NCBI GenBank assembly: GCA_964187785.1
Contig: OZ076409.1
Coordinates: 52,454,001 to 52,518,000 of the forward strand
Direction of reading: 5' to 3'
DNA length: 64,000 nt
Source of the DNA: Amphiscolops sp. MND2022
Taxonomy: Eukaryota
The notes under the pieces are model-generated. The model worked only from the letters and a program-made list of their open reading frames with translations, had not been told where the DNA came from and made no database searches. Positions 13,001 through 28,000 of this stretch are shown here, in pieces (positions within the stretch are counted from its first letter, which is position 1; every line of letters starts with the position of its first letter). Position numbers and translations under genes: made by a program.

Positions 13001-16000
13001 CTGTCATTTTCTCAGACTAAGCTATAAATTCAAATTTATTCCGCAGATGTCTAAACATAAAAGATTTACACTTTGGATAATGCTAGTTTTCATTGATTTT
13101 TCGACATTATCATACCATTGCAGAGAACTTTATAGAAGAAATCTTGAGTCGAGAAAAACGAGTTGAACACTGAAGGTCCTAACGACTGTGCCCTGTATTA
13201 TCAATGCTATTTCTTCCCTGTTGGAAAAAGGATGAAATTCAAGAAAAAATACGTTCTATTGAAATTATTTATTCAGGCCATATTTTACGTAGTTTTTAAC
13301 AAGACGTTTTTCTACAAGTTAAACAGAAGCTATACCCGTCAATTGTCTTTGAAAGTTACATGTGAAATGTGTGTATGGCAAAAATATGGCAAATATGAGT
13401 ATTGAAATAACTTTTGATCGGACCAGTTTTCAGTCAGAATGACGTCATGTTTTCCCGTTACCTCCTTTTTTGTTCACATCGTCTCAGGAAGCAGAACATT
13501 TTCCTCCATGTCTGTTGTTAGTTTGCAAGCTGTCATCACTGCTGTGAGAAGTTCTTCAGTTTCAAGTTTCCGTCGGTTCAGCTCTGTTGTCAGCCATCAC
13601 ACAATCTTTACCCTCTTCCATTGGGGCAAAGAGAAACTATCGGTAACTAGCTGCTGATAATATCTTCTTGGTTTTAGGCCTTTTAGTTCTTCTTCAACTG
13701 AACCATGTGCGGAGACACCTTCACAAGCTAGACTTTAATCTATGGAAAACCATTTACAAGTAGGTAGAGTTTCCTTCTGTTTCAGGCTCTGTTCCATCAT
13801 ATGCTCCTTCTAATGATTGAAGACATTGGCAACCACGTCGTAGCAGATGGGGAATACTCTTTTTACTTCCAGCAGGAAACGGTGTTCTTCCACGTGAACG
13901 TTCAATTCTGGCGCAACAATGCGCTGTGCAAAGTTTTCCATTGTCGGACTGGCCATGTCCGAGGCCAAACTCAAACTGAGATTGTCTTCATTGCGAATGT
14001 AGTCGTGCCTGTTTCTACCAAGCCTTTTATCGTCTATCTAGACGGGTCATTTTACTTTTTAGTTTCTCCTTGGGCTGGACTCAATTTGAGTTTTTTCAGA
14101 TACTATGAGCATCTCTCTTAGTCTGGGCAACCGGAGTGATCGGGGTTTTCACGCATATTGACAAATATGTCGATTCTTATTGAAGCTAGGACGACGCTGC
14201 GTCCACCCCGGCAGTTTGCCCCTGAGAGCGATCTTGCCGGTATCATGAGCAGGTATCTTGTGGTATCTTGTAGTCCGCGTTGCTGCAGCCCGAAATGTGA
14301 CCGAATTCCTCACACGGCCTAAATTAGGGCCCAAAGTGGACAAAGCTGGTAAAATTCTGGTCGACGAGGAAAGAAGTGAAAAGAAAGGAGAATCTTAATA
14401 TCTTGCTGCCTCTTTCAAGAAAACTAAAGGAGAGTTGTCCCGAAGTTACACTCCCAATTTATGTGCCGATACCGAAAATCACTTGGTCCTGACGTATGAT
14501 ACCGTGAAAGGATTGACTTCCTTCGACCTCAACGTCATGCTGGTCGATCCCCTACCAGTTGCTTCTACTAGTTTCTGCCTTGAGGGCTTTGTGTCTGTAG
14601 CTGATGAGAATCAATACCTGGGAGAATACCTGTTCTTCATTGACGAGTTGCGGCAATATTACACTGGGCTTAGCCAACCAGTTCTCGTCATTCCCGATAC
14701 CGTGGAATTTGTATCGCAACAAGCCATCCTTCGCGACAGAACTCTCTTGCAAAGGGTATTCTGACTTAGCTGCTCATGTCTCGATCAGCATCGCCAGCAA
14801 CTCCGTGTGATAAAACTTGTGATAAAATCTGTGAGATCTGATGATCCCAAAAGCGTGCTTGTGGACGTGATGGTACCACTGCAGTCATACCTTACCAATG
14901 ATCGTCGAGGAGTCGATGGTCTCACCACCGAGGATTCAGTTTCTAAATTCCTGTCTTTCGAGATAACTTTCGGGACCACTAGGCTGTCTGACGTATTATC
15001 ACCGTGGACATTGGTCGTGCGGACATCTTCGTTCTTCTCGATCCCAAAGGCACTTGATATGGACTGAGCCACAGCCAGGACCTGTTTCCGTTTGTTCTGG
15101 ACAAAGCGGTTTCCAAAAGACAAGGAAGTCTAAGAAAGTTAAAGTGTCTTCCAGACATAGTTCTGATAGTGGGCATTCTAGTGATGTCGAGGATGAAGCT
15201 GGTTCCAGCAATACTAAACTTTACTTGTACCATATGTACAATTGTTATTGAATTCGTACATTTGTATTATATAGTCTTTGTTTGTACTACTTATTTGTCT
15301 GTTGCTTTGTTATTTGTTTGTGGGCCTGTAAAACAATCTGTTTAATCTTATAAGATGCCCACAAGTCCACAAGAGGAACGGCTGAATTTACATGGTTTGA
15401 CTAGTATTTGTATTCATTAGTAAAGTTGGGGGAGGGGTTAGGCCTGAGGTTATATTTCCCTCTCACTTCATTATCGTCCACAACCATTTCATTGTCTTCA
15501 CTGTCTACTACATCGGACACGACAGTATCGCTGGTTGTTTATCCTCTCGGAGAGTTTTTATTTATCTGGGCAATCGTCCTCATAGTCTGGATGAGATGTT
15601 CCAGAAGTGTTGGTTTCAATATTTCTGTCTGGACGAGCGGACTGAGGGTCTGTAGTAACTATTTCGCGGTGTTTCGCTCTAGTCGAGTGAACGTGCGGTC
15701 CACATTAGCAAGAACTTGATCCTGGCGGCCAGATGGTAAGGATCATTTTCAAAATAGTCTGCATCACGAGTACGTGACGTACTAGTGGCGTTGTGATTGG
15801 GAGTTGGAAAGTCTCCAAATTCCGTTTCCCAAGTGATGACATATGGGTCATCTTGTGGGATAAGAATTTCTCCGTAAGGCTGTTAATTGACTTCTGGTCG
15901 TTCGATCTATAGAACGGACTTTGACTCATATTTGCGTAGCCTTGTTCGATGCAGAATCTGTCTTTCGTTGGAATTTATCTTTCTAACGATATAGGTTTCA

Positions 16001-19000
16001 TCCGATACAACTTTTTCAACAAAATATGGTCCAATCCACCGGAATTCTCAAAATGAATTTTTGAACAGTTGTGATCCGCAATAGGTTAAAAAACGAAGCA
16101 ACAGTCGTTTTAATGCAAAGGTGCGGCTTTGGCCTTCCGGTCATAGTACTCTTTATATTTCAAAGAAGACTGCAGGATATTTTTCTTGGCAGAGTCAATT
16201 GATATTTTTGCTCGTCGTTGAAATTCATCAGCAAAATGTTTTCGGTATGAACCTCGGGTTATGACTGAGACCTAATTTATGATCTAATATATTATATGGT
16301 ATCCGACGGTGGAAGATCCTTGAACGCTCGCGGCCTAGAGTTGCGTGCTAGGTAGTACTGTACTTGAGTACAGCAAGGGTCAGGTATTGCCATTGTCGCT
16401 GATACTCCCCTGAGGCTACTTGTAGATTTGTTTTAAGACTAGCATGAGTGCGTTTCAGCTTACCAAAAGTTTGTGGATGTTTCTTTGCGGCACGTTCAAT
16501 TTGAATGCCTAAAGTTTGTGCAATTTCGGCCACTAACTTTCATGTAAAACCTGTTCCTTCATCAGTGATCATAGTTGTCGGCAAATAGGTATGTTTGGTC
16601 ATTATATCAATGATACTTTTTGCAGTAGTTCTGGCAGAACTGTAACTGAGTATGCGAAAAAATCTTGAAAAGACGTCATAGCGGTAATAAAATTTTCCTA
16701 TCCACCGCTTGGAGGTAGATTCGGTGGCAAGTCAATCTGTATTGCGTCTTTGTGTCCCGTATCCCAATGTGGTAGGTTAAGCCGTTCAGAAGTTATGGAC
16801 AAATCAGCAATTCTTTTGTCTTTAATGCAGATTTCATGGCTTTGAACGCATTTTTTGACAAGTTTTTCAATACCAGTGTTAATATTTTTGTCTAATTTCT
16901 ATCTGCTTTTTTGAATTTACTGGTGTTTCTTTGCTTTTCCGTGAAGCGATACGAGTAGTTCAGTAACTAGAGGTTTTGGTAGAAACACTTGATTAAGCTT
17001 CACTGAACCAGTTTCGTCAAAACATTGTCTGGTGATGATGTCATCAATTATGGACACCTGGCGAAATACATTGGTATCCGTTATCTCGCAGTAATGTGGT
17101 CTCCGAGTATTCTTCCTTCAGTGTTTTGAGTCTGAGTTGTGCTAGTATGATATCGTTTTTTTTGTTCGATTGTCACAGTTCTAATATTGGAAATAAATTG
17201 GGAAATGGAAAAGTTACGGTACTTGCTGTTATGTGTGCTATTTTTTCAAATGAAATGTCTAGCATTTGATTCGTTGGGTTCCTTCTCGATTCCTTCTTTG
17301 CCATATCAGTTACTCAGTCTTATCGTCATCCTCGGTGCAAAAACTCGATTCCTCCTCCGAGACTCGTTAGTTATGGGCTTCGTTTGGATATCATCACGAA
17401 TTCGGAGAAATGATTGTTTTCGTGGAGCTTTCCAGGCAAGACAGGTAGTCCGGGAGGGTGTTTTTTTCGGGTATGTGCGCAATTGTAAAATTGATTTGAA
17501 TAGCGTAGTGACATGCTTTCGATAGTGTAGGAGGAATGATTTTTGTCTGAAAAAATTGTCCGATTACCTTATTGTCTGTTAGAATAATCACCGGTCTTCG
17601 AGTCCCCAGAATATGTGTCCAAATTCTTTGAAACCAAAAAATGCTAAGAATTCCTTTTGGTATATGGGCAATTTCAATTGGTCGGGACTGAAGATAATGG
17701 ATCCGTAAGCCACTGGTGCAAAGGCTTTCCTCGTAGACATCTAAATTTTGGATGGATCGTCTTCGTGATGTTGTCATCAGTCATGTGGGCTATCTGCTTG
17801 TTGGGCAGAGGTTGTTTGAGTGCTAGTTCACAACATCGGCCAAGAGCCTTGTTGATCGCGATTAATTTTTCAACAGGTCCGGTGTTACCAGGACCTTTCC
17901 ATTCTTTGTTAATAATTTGAAAGACGATGTGAGTTTTTCTGGGAGCCTTGGAATGTAGTTTCGATAGTTATTCGAGAAACACAAGTAGCGCTGAAGTGCT
18001 TTCGTGGATTTCGGAAGCTTCGTGTTTTCCAAGAAGTTTTGGACTTGTGGTCTTTGAGGCTTTACTCGCGCGGGAGTGATGGTACGTCACAGGAAGTCAG
18101 TTTCGGTTGCTCCAAAATTACATTTATGCATGGTTAAACATTTATGCATGGTTAAATTAAAGCCCGCCTTCTGGATACATTGCAATGTGGCTCTAAGGTT
18201 CTTGAAAAGCTGTTCAGCGTCGTAAGCTGCTATACCAATTTCATCGACAGAAGGTGCACATTGATAGTCATTATTGACTTTGTCTAAATATTCACGCATG
18301 AAGCTGAAAAGGCTGAAAATGCTGGACTGACGCCTCGTGCTAATCTGCGGTAGACAAATGTTTTGCTAGCAAAGGTGAAGGCAAGCATCTCTTTGGACCT
18401 CTGGTCTTCCATTTGCAGTCCAATTTGCAAAATAAGTTCCTTGCCTGCCATATATAGAGCTGCGTCAGTAAGGGTACTGACGTGATGGTTAGTGTTGATG
18501 TAATCATCTGAAAAATAATTGTTGATGTTCCTAAGATCGACTAATAGTCTTAGTTTCCCATTGTGTTCCTTTTGAGCAAAAATTGGGCTCGCATTTTTTG
18601 AAACGATATAGAAGTGTCATTTCGACGAGGACATCCTCCTTGAGGTTTATTGGCGTCAGCAAACTTTGTCTGAAGGCTGGGGAATCATCTTTTTGGGTCA
18701 GTTTGACTTCGAATTCCTCAATCATTTCTGAGTCAAATGACCGTCGTGCGAAAATATCGTGGAACTCGACAAGTAGGTCCTCAATACGGGCAATTTAATT
18801 TGATTGTAGCGTATCGTCAATTTTAGTCCGGAATTCTTTCCTTGACTCAGCGTTGTCCTGTGAATTGAGTTTTTCCAATACTTGATGATGGAGTAGTTCC
18901 TTCAAAATCCGTTTCTGGATTGGCGTGTGCTGTTGAGGGTCCCGGGTCCTCTGGTGTAAGGAACCAGTAGTTTTCCTTGATGTCCTCAGGTTTGCCAGAA

Positions 19001-22000
19001 TTGATCGAGCTACTTGCGCAGAAAACAGCATTTTTTGGGTTGTGTTGCAATATTTGTCATGTGGTCACCGGGTCTATGGGTTTAACGTATTTCATCTGTT
19101 CTGTAGTCAGGACAGAAAATTGGCGATGTGTGAACCTCCTTTGCGGGTATAAGGATGGTCTGTAAATTTATTCACTTGAATTATAACCTGCCTTTGGGTC
19201 AGTGTGACTAGAGGAGAGCAAACTGCAATATCACCATCTTCAGTGAATGCGTCGCTTGGTTGAAGTATGCCGGTGACTGCAGTGTCATTGTCCAATTGCG
19301 GATGGATTGTAAATAAAGGTCTATCGTTTGGGGGAATTGTGATATCCTGGGTACAGATAGGTTCTAATATATTAATATATTTGTGGTCTGCTTTTTTCAG
19401 TTGCATCAAAAGGAAAAGGAAGTTCAGGGTTCCTGTCGCATGTTCAAAATGGTATTATCCCGTTGAAGGTAAAAAAGACCAATTACCGGACGTGTGAGTT
19501 TCTCCAAGACTATGAAAATTTCGTGGAATTCTTTAACGCCGACTTTGGATATTCTAGCAGCCCGTTTGCAACCATGATCTGGAAGTTGAGCTCTCTTCAA
19601 CAATTGACTGAGGGTCAAGTAATTGGATGTTACGTAGATCAGCTTCTGGGATTGCCCTAGATAAGTCTCCCGTGTCTACAAGGCCATCTATTGTTTGTTT
19701 GCCAAAATCGATTGGAAAATAGAGCATACGTAGTTTATAATTGAGTTCAAGATTAGTTGTCAGCCCTACATAAGAAGAATCCCTCGTCCTCATGACTAGT
19801 GTGTTCATAAAGCGTGCTTCTACTTCTGTAGTCATTGAGACATGTGTTCCGTTATGTTGAAATTCGTCCTTTGGGTCATCTTGGGCTAACAGGTTGACAG
19901 TATCACAGTTTGTTTGCCACTGATTTATAAGTGCAATGGTTAGTGCATTATTTAGGGCTTTTTCAATGTCAAGGGAATCAGTTCTAATTCGTTTTTGTGT
20001 TTATCGAAAATTTTGTGAAAACATGTATTGTGTTGGTTGTAGAGATGAACGTCCCAGTAATGATCAAAACTATAGTATGGGTCTGGGTAATAGGGTTTGT
20101 AGTTGTCTATGAGGGAGAGAGTTCGAGTAAAATGGGTTTTGTAGTATAGTTTATTGGACCCAAAACCCGAAATGGTTAGTGTAGTGGGAGTAGTAGACAT
20201 CTGCTGCTGCCAGTCAGCTGATGAAATATGTTTAAGGGAGAATAGTATTCACTGTGGTACGGCCCGGTTTCTTGCAATAATTGCAGGTTATCCATGGGTC
20301 AATAACCGCGGAAAGAAGGCCGTTAGCCGGTCCTGTTTCTGTTGGGGCTGTTGACATTGTTGGAAGTGGGTAACGATCTCGTCGTACGTGGCGTTTTCGA
20401 GTTTCAAGATATAAAAAGCTATATATCATTGCCTGAGCGTTTTCGCCAAACGCTTTTTCAGCTCCCGGTTCAGTTGCTCAAAGAAATATGGCAATTTCAT
20501 ATAGTTTGGGTGGTCGAACACTAATCGTTGCCATTTGTGTTTGGCGGTTGCCTGGCCTAACGTATTTTCTCCCAAATACTGCTAGTTGATCATCTAATGT
20601 TTGTCTGTTTGCCGAGTTAATGTTACGGAATATTTCAAGCGCGTATTTGCGTCCAAAAGAGTGGAAATGTTTGATCTACATCGAATCAGTCAACTCGTGC
20701 TGCAATTTTATCATAGTATAAAAGAGATCATCAAAAAGTTTTCTACAATTTCCTATCAAACGTCAGTGTGGTCGAACTAACTGGGCGGACCATGAGTGTT
20801 TGCGTCGAAGGCTATTTATACCGACTAGTATATCCGTGAGTCTGTTGATTGGCTGGAGTGGTTTTTGAAGGTGTGGTTCCTTGGACCGGTCTGGAAGAGT
20901 CCTGGGACTCAGTATGTGTGGATTCTGTATGTTGCAGGGGTTCTTGGGATTTCGTGAAACGTCCGGTGAGAAATTCAGGAACCATATGAGAGGTAGGGTT
21001 GGCCCATGTCACCATGTCGCAATCTTGGTCTACGGCCTGGAAGTCTACTGAGATCTCCCTGAATAAGTCACCATAATTCCTGAACTTAGAATTTAGCTTG
21101 CTACGATCCTGCTGGTCCAGCTGACTATATTGATCCCCGGGGCTCTTGTGTGGTCTCCTGGATCAGTGGTCTATTTGGCTGATATGATCTCCGGGGCTTC
21201 TGTCTAGTCTACTAAAACAGTGGTCCATTTTGCTAAAATGATCTCCGGCGCTTCTGTCTAGTTTACTGGACCGGTGGTCCCGCATTGTAATTAATCTCAA
21301 ATTCTGCACTCCCAACACGTGTTGAATGCTGGGGAGCACCTTTTCAGTGATTGCTGACTTGATAACTTCCAAAATCTGGGTGACTAGGTCTTCTCTGATC
21401 TCGTCTAATGTCCTGGTAACTTTAGTAATTTCATTGTTAATCATCCTAGGAGTCTCAATGGTAATTTCACTGTTCTGACCACTATTAGTGTTAATCAACG
21501 ATATAAAATCCTCACGGTCCGGGTTAGCTGGCTGCCTGTAGTCGGTTAGACTAAAGGTCTTTTTCAGTTTCTCTTCCACTGGACTGGTAGTCTCACCAGA
21601 GTAATCTGGTAGTCTACTGGACTGGTAGTCTCACCATTCCCAGAGTAATCTCCTAACATTATTTCCATATTTTCCATATCAGATATCACATCTGATTTTT
21701 GTAGAGCGTTTCTCTTTAGCCTCTGTTTCCTAGTTGAGGGCATTTGAGAAAAATGATGCTGAAAAAAGATTATTTTTGAGTTTTTATTTAATAACCAGAT
21801 TTGGACGTCAGTCTTGCATCATTGTTAGGTCCTGACTAAAAACAGCATCAATTGAGTTCCGAGTCTATAAACAGGGGGACTGGATTGCGGTCTGCCTTTT
21901 AAGTTGATATGAAGTTTCTATTAGCACTACAGCAACTGTTCATTTACATGTTAGCATCAACAAACAATAATTTCATGCGACGGACCTACGGTCCATCCGT

Positions 22001-25000
22001 CTAAATGAATACTCGCACCTGATTGGACGATAATCGATCTTAAAGTACTGCACATCGAGTTGACTAGAGTGAAAGTTTCTTTGAACGCGTTTCCTTTATT
22101 GCAAACAGTCATTACATCATTTGTCTTGATTATTACTCTTAGAAAATATCAACATTACACTTCTGGTTTACATTAACACTAGTATATGTTAATGTCTAAT
22201 AACGGTAATCTAAATTACTATACTTACAAAACGTGCAAATTCAAGTCCAAGAAAGTTTATAGGCAAATGACAATTTAGAAAATTGACCGCACATGAAGAA
22301 TAGACGGACGAATTGACCGCACTTGAAGAAATTCTGTGCTACAAACATCTATGAATTTAGATTTAGGGCTCTTAATGTCAATTTTTTGCTACTATTTTTT
22401 TCAATTCTTCTCTATGCCAAAAATTTTGAACATGATTTTTTTCCTAGAATGGGCTAAATGAGCCCAACTTTTACAGTGTGTAATTTTTTTTCAAACTCGT
22501 AAGGTTCACTGTTTTGTTCAATTTTTCAACAACAACAATTTGAACGACGGATGTACAGAATATACTCGAAACGACTGAAACTCATCCAAAACAAAAAAAC
22601 TGACGTCCAGAACCTCGAAAACACTAAGGATCCCCCTTTAGCTATCTTAGTGTTTTCCGTTTGGATTTTTTCGGCACTATGAGACTTTCTTCAATAAATT
22701 TCGGATTGCACTGAAGAGTGCCCCCTTTATTTGCTTCGATATTTTGCAACAGAATGGATGCTAAAAAATCCCGAAGGTTCCCCCCTTTCTACATTTTTCG
22801 GCACTGTGACACTGTTCAAAATTCTCAATTTTCAGTTTTTTTTCCAAAATTTTTCAATGTCTCCAAAGAGTCCCCCAAATTCCTTCTTTTTTTCCAAGTT
22901 TTGCCACAAACTGGAATATCAAAAAGCCCAAATGGTCCCCCTTTTTACAGTTATAAAAACGTTGCGCTTTTTGAGCCTTAGATTAAAAAACGCCTCCACA
23001 AAATGTATCATGGCAACCGCGATGGCCACCGTTGGGGCTGCGATGGGAAGTGCGGTGGCCACCGGTGGGGCTGCGATGGGAAAGAAGGTGGCCACCGGTG
23101 GGTTCCCTAGGTTGTCAGCACAGGAACGCATATTACCAACTCTCGAAAAAATTCACCGCAACTTCAAGCCTTATTTGGAACACCACTTTGCAAAGTAGCA
23201 AGTTGATTGGTAAAAAAACTAGTCTGTTGGAAAAGTTGGTTTTCACACAAGATAAACGCACACGCCAAAAGTATTGCGTCTTGAAGAAAGTTTCTAGTGT
23301 GCTAACTCATTGCAAGTGAGAAACTAAACGTAGAATGTAGTTTTCTCGAATTTAAAAATTGAAAAAACTTCAGATGAACACGGTTTTCGGAGAATTTTAA
23401 GTTACCAAAATACTTTATGATCAACCAACGTTACGTCCGAAGTTACGATGAACGCAATAGCAAAGATAGCAGGTGCCTGGCAAAATAGGATGTGCCTGAA
23501 AATAATTAAATTATGCATCATAATGGTCACGTTACATTACTAAATGTACGAGAAATTATAAGATGTATAGGTACGAATTGTAGTATGCGGTGCATGATTG
23601 ATACGATCTTCCTGCGATAGGCGTGATATTGCTGTGAAGGTCGCATAAAATCGGTTATCATGGATGTGATTGGTTTGGTTCTCCTAGGAAAATTTTTTGA
23701 ATTTTCTCTTCAATACAATGTCAGCTGTGTATTTCATCAATAAATCTCATCTTTGAGGTAATTGAAATTGAAAGGACGTTTTAATTTCTTCTTCAAAAGG
23801 CTTCTGTTTTTTATAAAAAAAAAACATTAATTTCCATTTTTAAAAACTACAAAACCACCTGAGGTTCTTGAGTATAGTAAGGTATTGTTGTAACTTTTCA
23901 TATCTATTTAATGTACGAACATTATGAGAAGAATCACGTATATTCAGAGACGTAGATCGGAAAATGATTGAGAGAAGTGACTAACTTTGAATTTTCATCT
24001 TTATCCATCGCAGAAAGGCTGGTTTGTCAACGAACTGCTCAATCACCCGAATTTTAGACTCAGATTGTTCAGCTAATTCGCAGCAGATGTCAATAGCTTT
24101 TTCTTCAAGGTCACAGACGTTGAGTTCTTCTAATTTTTCCTGAAAACTAAGATTTATTAACAAAATTAAAGTTTTTTTCTCAAAAAATTTTCATGCAGTT
24201 CAACCGTGCCTAAAAATCCAGAGGTTTGTTCGGGTTAGTTCTAACTTTCAGTAGTTTAGGGGTTTTTTGTGGGAAAAAAGTCCAACTTTTACAATGACGA
24301 GTTTTTTGTGAGATTACAAGCCTCACATTGATCCGTCCACTTGTTAACGACTTCATGACTGAGATCTACCGAGTACCTAAAGATATCAATTTGTCATTAC
24401 TTTGGTAAAAAAGGCTGACAAAGTTCCGTGTTAATAAGTCAGCGGATCCCGCTATCATACTTTTAGACATAGTTTCGTTGGATTTGGAAGAGTGGAATCG
24501 GCTGACATATGCTCAGTTTGAAATTTGCAATAATTTATTGGCCTCACATCGGATGATTTTTTAAACTTCAACTTCAAAACTGCATGAGACCCAACCATCC
24601 GCACTGTGCATGTTTTTCGGAATTCATAGCTTTTGCAAAATTTTCTAAAAAACAAGTTCTCAGCGTACTTTCTCAGCGTTCTCAACACGTGCACAGAAGA
24701 CTTGTTTAATTAAAGAAAAATAAAAGTTCTCGGAACAGCACCAAATAACACAATACAGGAAACTGAATTATAATAAAATATGGGCTGCACGTTTGACGTA
24801 AATTTCTGAAATTATTTTACTGTAACACGTAAAAACGGTTTTTTTACAACACGGCAAAAAAATCAAAAGTTATTTCTTCCGAATGTTCCTGTGTGACAAA
24901 GATAGACCTCAGATGTTACAAAACTATATCCAAATTGAAAGGTGCCACCTATAGAACTCGACTGATATAAATTTAGTTTGATAAGATTTTAGAGATTTTT

Positions 25001-28000
25001 AATTTTTTTTGGTTGACCCCAAAGACATCAGAATGACCCAAAAACGACCCAAAATTGGCAAAAATTAAAATTTTCCTATTTTTACCGTTTTTATGCTATT
25101 TTTGTCAATCTTTCGATAAACTTCGTGGCTTATAAGGTTGAAAATTTCAACAAGGAAAGAATTCGTTGCCCAGTAGGCTTCTTGTAAGAGATGATCGTGA
25201 TTCTTTGATAGAAAAATGAATTGAATTGGCTCCAAATAAACAACAGAAGAAATTTTTCGATACACTTCGTGGATTAGAATGTTTGAAAAGTCAACCAGGA
25301 TGCTAGTCGTTGTCCAGTAGACTTTTCTGAAAAGATGAAGCAGTTACTTAATGGAAAAAAATTCCAATTTTAAACTTGCAAATTGGTTAAATTTTTGATA
25401 GACTTCGTGAAATAGTTTGGTAAAATTGTTCAAAAGGAAAGATTCATGGCCCGGAAGGCATTATTGAAGAAAGAACGATTTTTTTCCCAGGGAAAAGCCC
25501 CATATTGACACCGAAAACGTCGAAATATCCAGAATTTACTAGTTTTTGTCGTTTTTCAAGCAATTTCCGTTCAATTTCTGCAAAATTTTCAGAGTTCGAA
25601 GGGTCAAAGCGTTGAAAAAGAGCTTACTAGCTATGCAAAACACTTTGTTGAAGAGAAAAATGCAGTGTTTTGTCTCAAAAACCGTTCAGAACGATCCCAA
25701 TAAGTCGAAAATTAGGAAATCCGGTTAATATCCAGTTAGATTTTTTTGAAGAGAAAGTTGCAGATTTGAGTTTGGAAAAAGCCTCCAATTGACCCGAAAG
25801 TTTCGTGGTTTTCTAATTTTTGCAGATAGAGCTATGCAGTACGCCCTTTAAAGGAAAAGTTTGCCTTTTTCCCTGGAGAAACAAAATCTCAAAATGACCC
25901 AAAGCAGTTGGAAGTCCATAATGTTGCCGGAAGTTTCCTTCTTGGAAGTATTTGAAATTTTCGTGGAATTTCGTTTGTTGGAGGAAAGGAAAATTTTATC
26001 AGCAAACATGCTTTACAGTAAGCGTTTCGAAAGTCTACTGCAGTTTCACGTTGAATAAGAGCATCAAAATGAACCCAAAATAGATGAAAAAATCTCCGGA
26101 AAAAATTCCATTTTCGGATGATTTTTGTGACTTTTCGTGTAAAATCATAACAAGGTTTTATCACAGTTCGACAACAAAACAATTAGGCATTTTGTGTTTT
26201 CTTTAAGCAAGCGTTCCTTTTTAAAATGGGATGACATGAATCAAAATGTTTAAAAACTTTTTTCTTCAATTTTTGATGCATTTTGATAGTGCATTGGATA
26301 TCATGTGCATGGCATTGTTTGAATCTTCTCACAAAATCCTCTCACAAAACTTTTTTTGAACAACTTTTTTACCTGAACTAAAAAATCTGGAAACGGTTCT
26401 GAAAGCGCGAAATCTGAGATTAAAGCTTGTTTTTGCTCTATGCGACATTTCAAAACAGTAGCACAGTGCCGAAGGAAACAAAAAAGAGGTTTGTGACTTT
26501 TACCACGTGGATGCTAAATATCAAAGTATTCAAAAAGTGTACTTCTTTTGGAGCTTGGAAATACGTCGGAAGAACGTCGAAAAACGTTGTTGGAAAAATT
26601 AGAAGATTGAAAATAACTGAAAAAGGGGACTTTTCTATCAATTCAAGTTTGACATTAAAATTAAAAAAACGTGAATTAATCAATCAGCCTAGCGGGACTT
26701 CGGGCATGGCTTCAAGAAAGGAGGCTGAAATCACTGAAAATCAATAACAACCGGGTACGTTATATCAGCGTTCCATAATTCATTCCCGAATAAATTTAGG
26801 GCATCGTTTTAGGTCAGCATTTACATAAGTTGCATCGAAATTGCTACCGTTAAAATCAATGTTTGAAAAATTAAAAAAAAATGGTGTTGGCTAGATTCGA
26901 ACACCCATTTTCCTGCTGCTAAGCCCTAAAAACGGATAAAAGTGTATTTATAAAATTTTTGACAGTATATCAGGAGTATATCGTTTTTAAATTTCATCCG
27001 AAAGCGCTGTTTAATAGTTTCATAGTTTAAGAGAAATGATAAAAAACCTGGCCATTAGCGGGGTTCGAATTTCCTTCAGATACCATGGTTTTAACCAATC
27101 TCTAGAGCCTTTCATGATACAAAAATTGAAATTTATAAAAAATTTTAAAATAAACTACTGCAATGACATCTGGTGAAAAAAATTGCCATTTTTCTTCAAA
27201 ACACACTAGCCACTACACAGTTTTGGACGCAGGTGTTTTTCTCAAAACTAGCAAAATAGGCAATTGAACTTTAAAAAATCGCTTCTCCTTGCAAGTTTGC
27301 GTCAAAAATAAACCTATGTGCAAATTTACAATTTCCAGGATTTTTACAAGTAAATGATTTCTCTTTCTAGAACAAAAACTGATGTTCGGAACTTTTCAGA
27401 TCTTTTTCAAAATTCAGCAATAGTTTTCAAAGCATAGAAACATTTTTTAAGTAGACGCAACTCACCATTTTGTCGAAGCTTCTCAGAACATCTTGATCGG
27501 CATTGATTTCTAGCAACTTAACCAGTTGATTGAGAGCATGCACACGCTGCCAACTTTGCTCGACCGTTTCAACAGCACAAATTTGTCGCTGCCGCTGTTC
27601 TTTCGTACACGTGACATGTGATCTTCCGTATTTCTCGCAAAACTTGAAAAAACAGTCAATTTCTTTCCTTTTTTCTGCTTCAGTGTGAAACAGAGAAAAC
27701 TTCGTCTTGGCAACCTCTAATTTCAGTGGCCCGGAAACAATAACTTTAGCTTCTTTCAGAAAAATCTGATGTATGCGGGATAAGTAATCGGATTGAATTT
27801 GTTTATAGGGCATAGGTGTATCTGGACATTCCATAACTTGGTTAAAAACACCTACACAGATGTCCGAAAATGTTCGACTTTCCATCATCTCAATATAAAA
27901 TTTGTATTTCCCAATATTTTTCTGTACCTGGCCGGAATTGGACTGTAGTTTCTGGTGAAATCGAAGGTAATTTTTCATGGGCCGTTTTGTCCATTCCTCA

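Noticed and set aside
22731..23198. 155-aa ORF with an AMG.AVATGG repeat
   Set aside because: Composed of a HINE fragment plus a GC tandem repeat; open on both strands by chance.
26880..27230. tRNA gene (GTTCGAA B-box motifs)
   Set aside because: No complete cloverleaf; at most decayed tRNA-derived repeat remnants.
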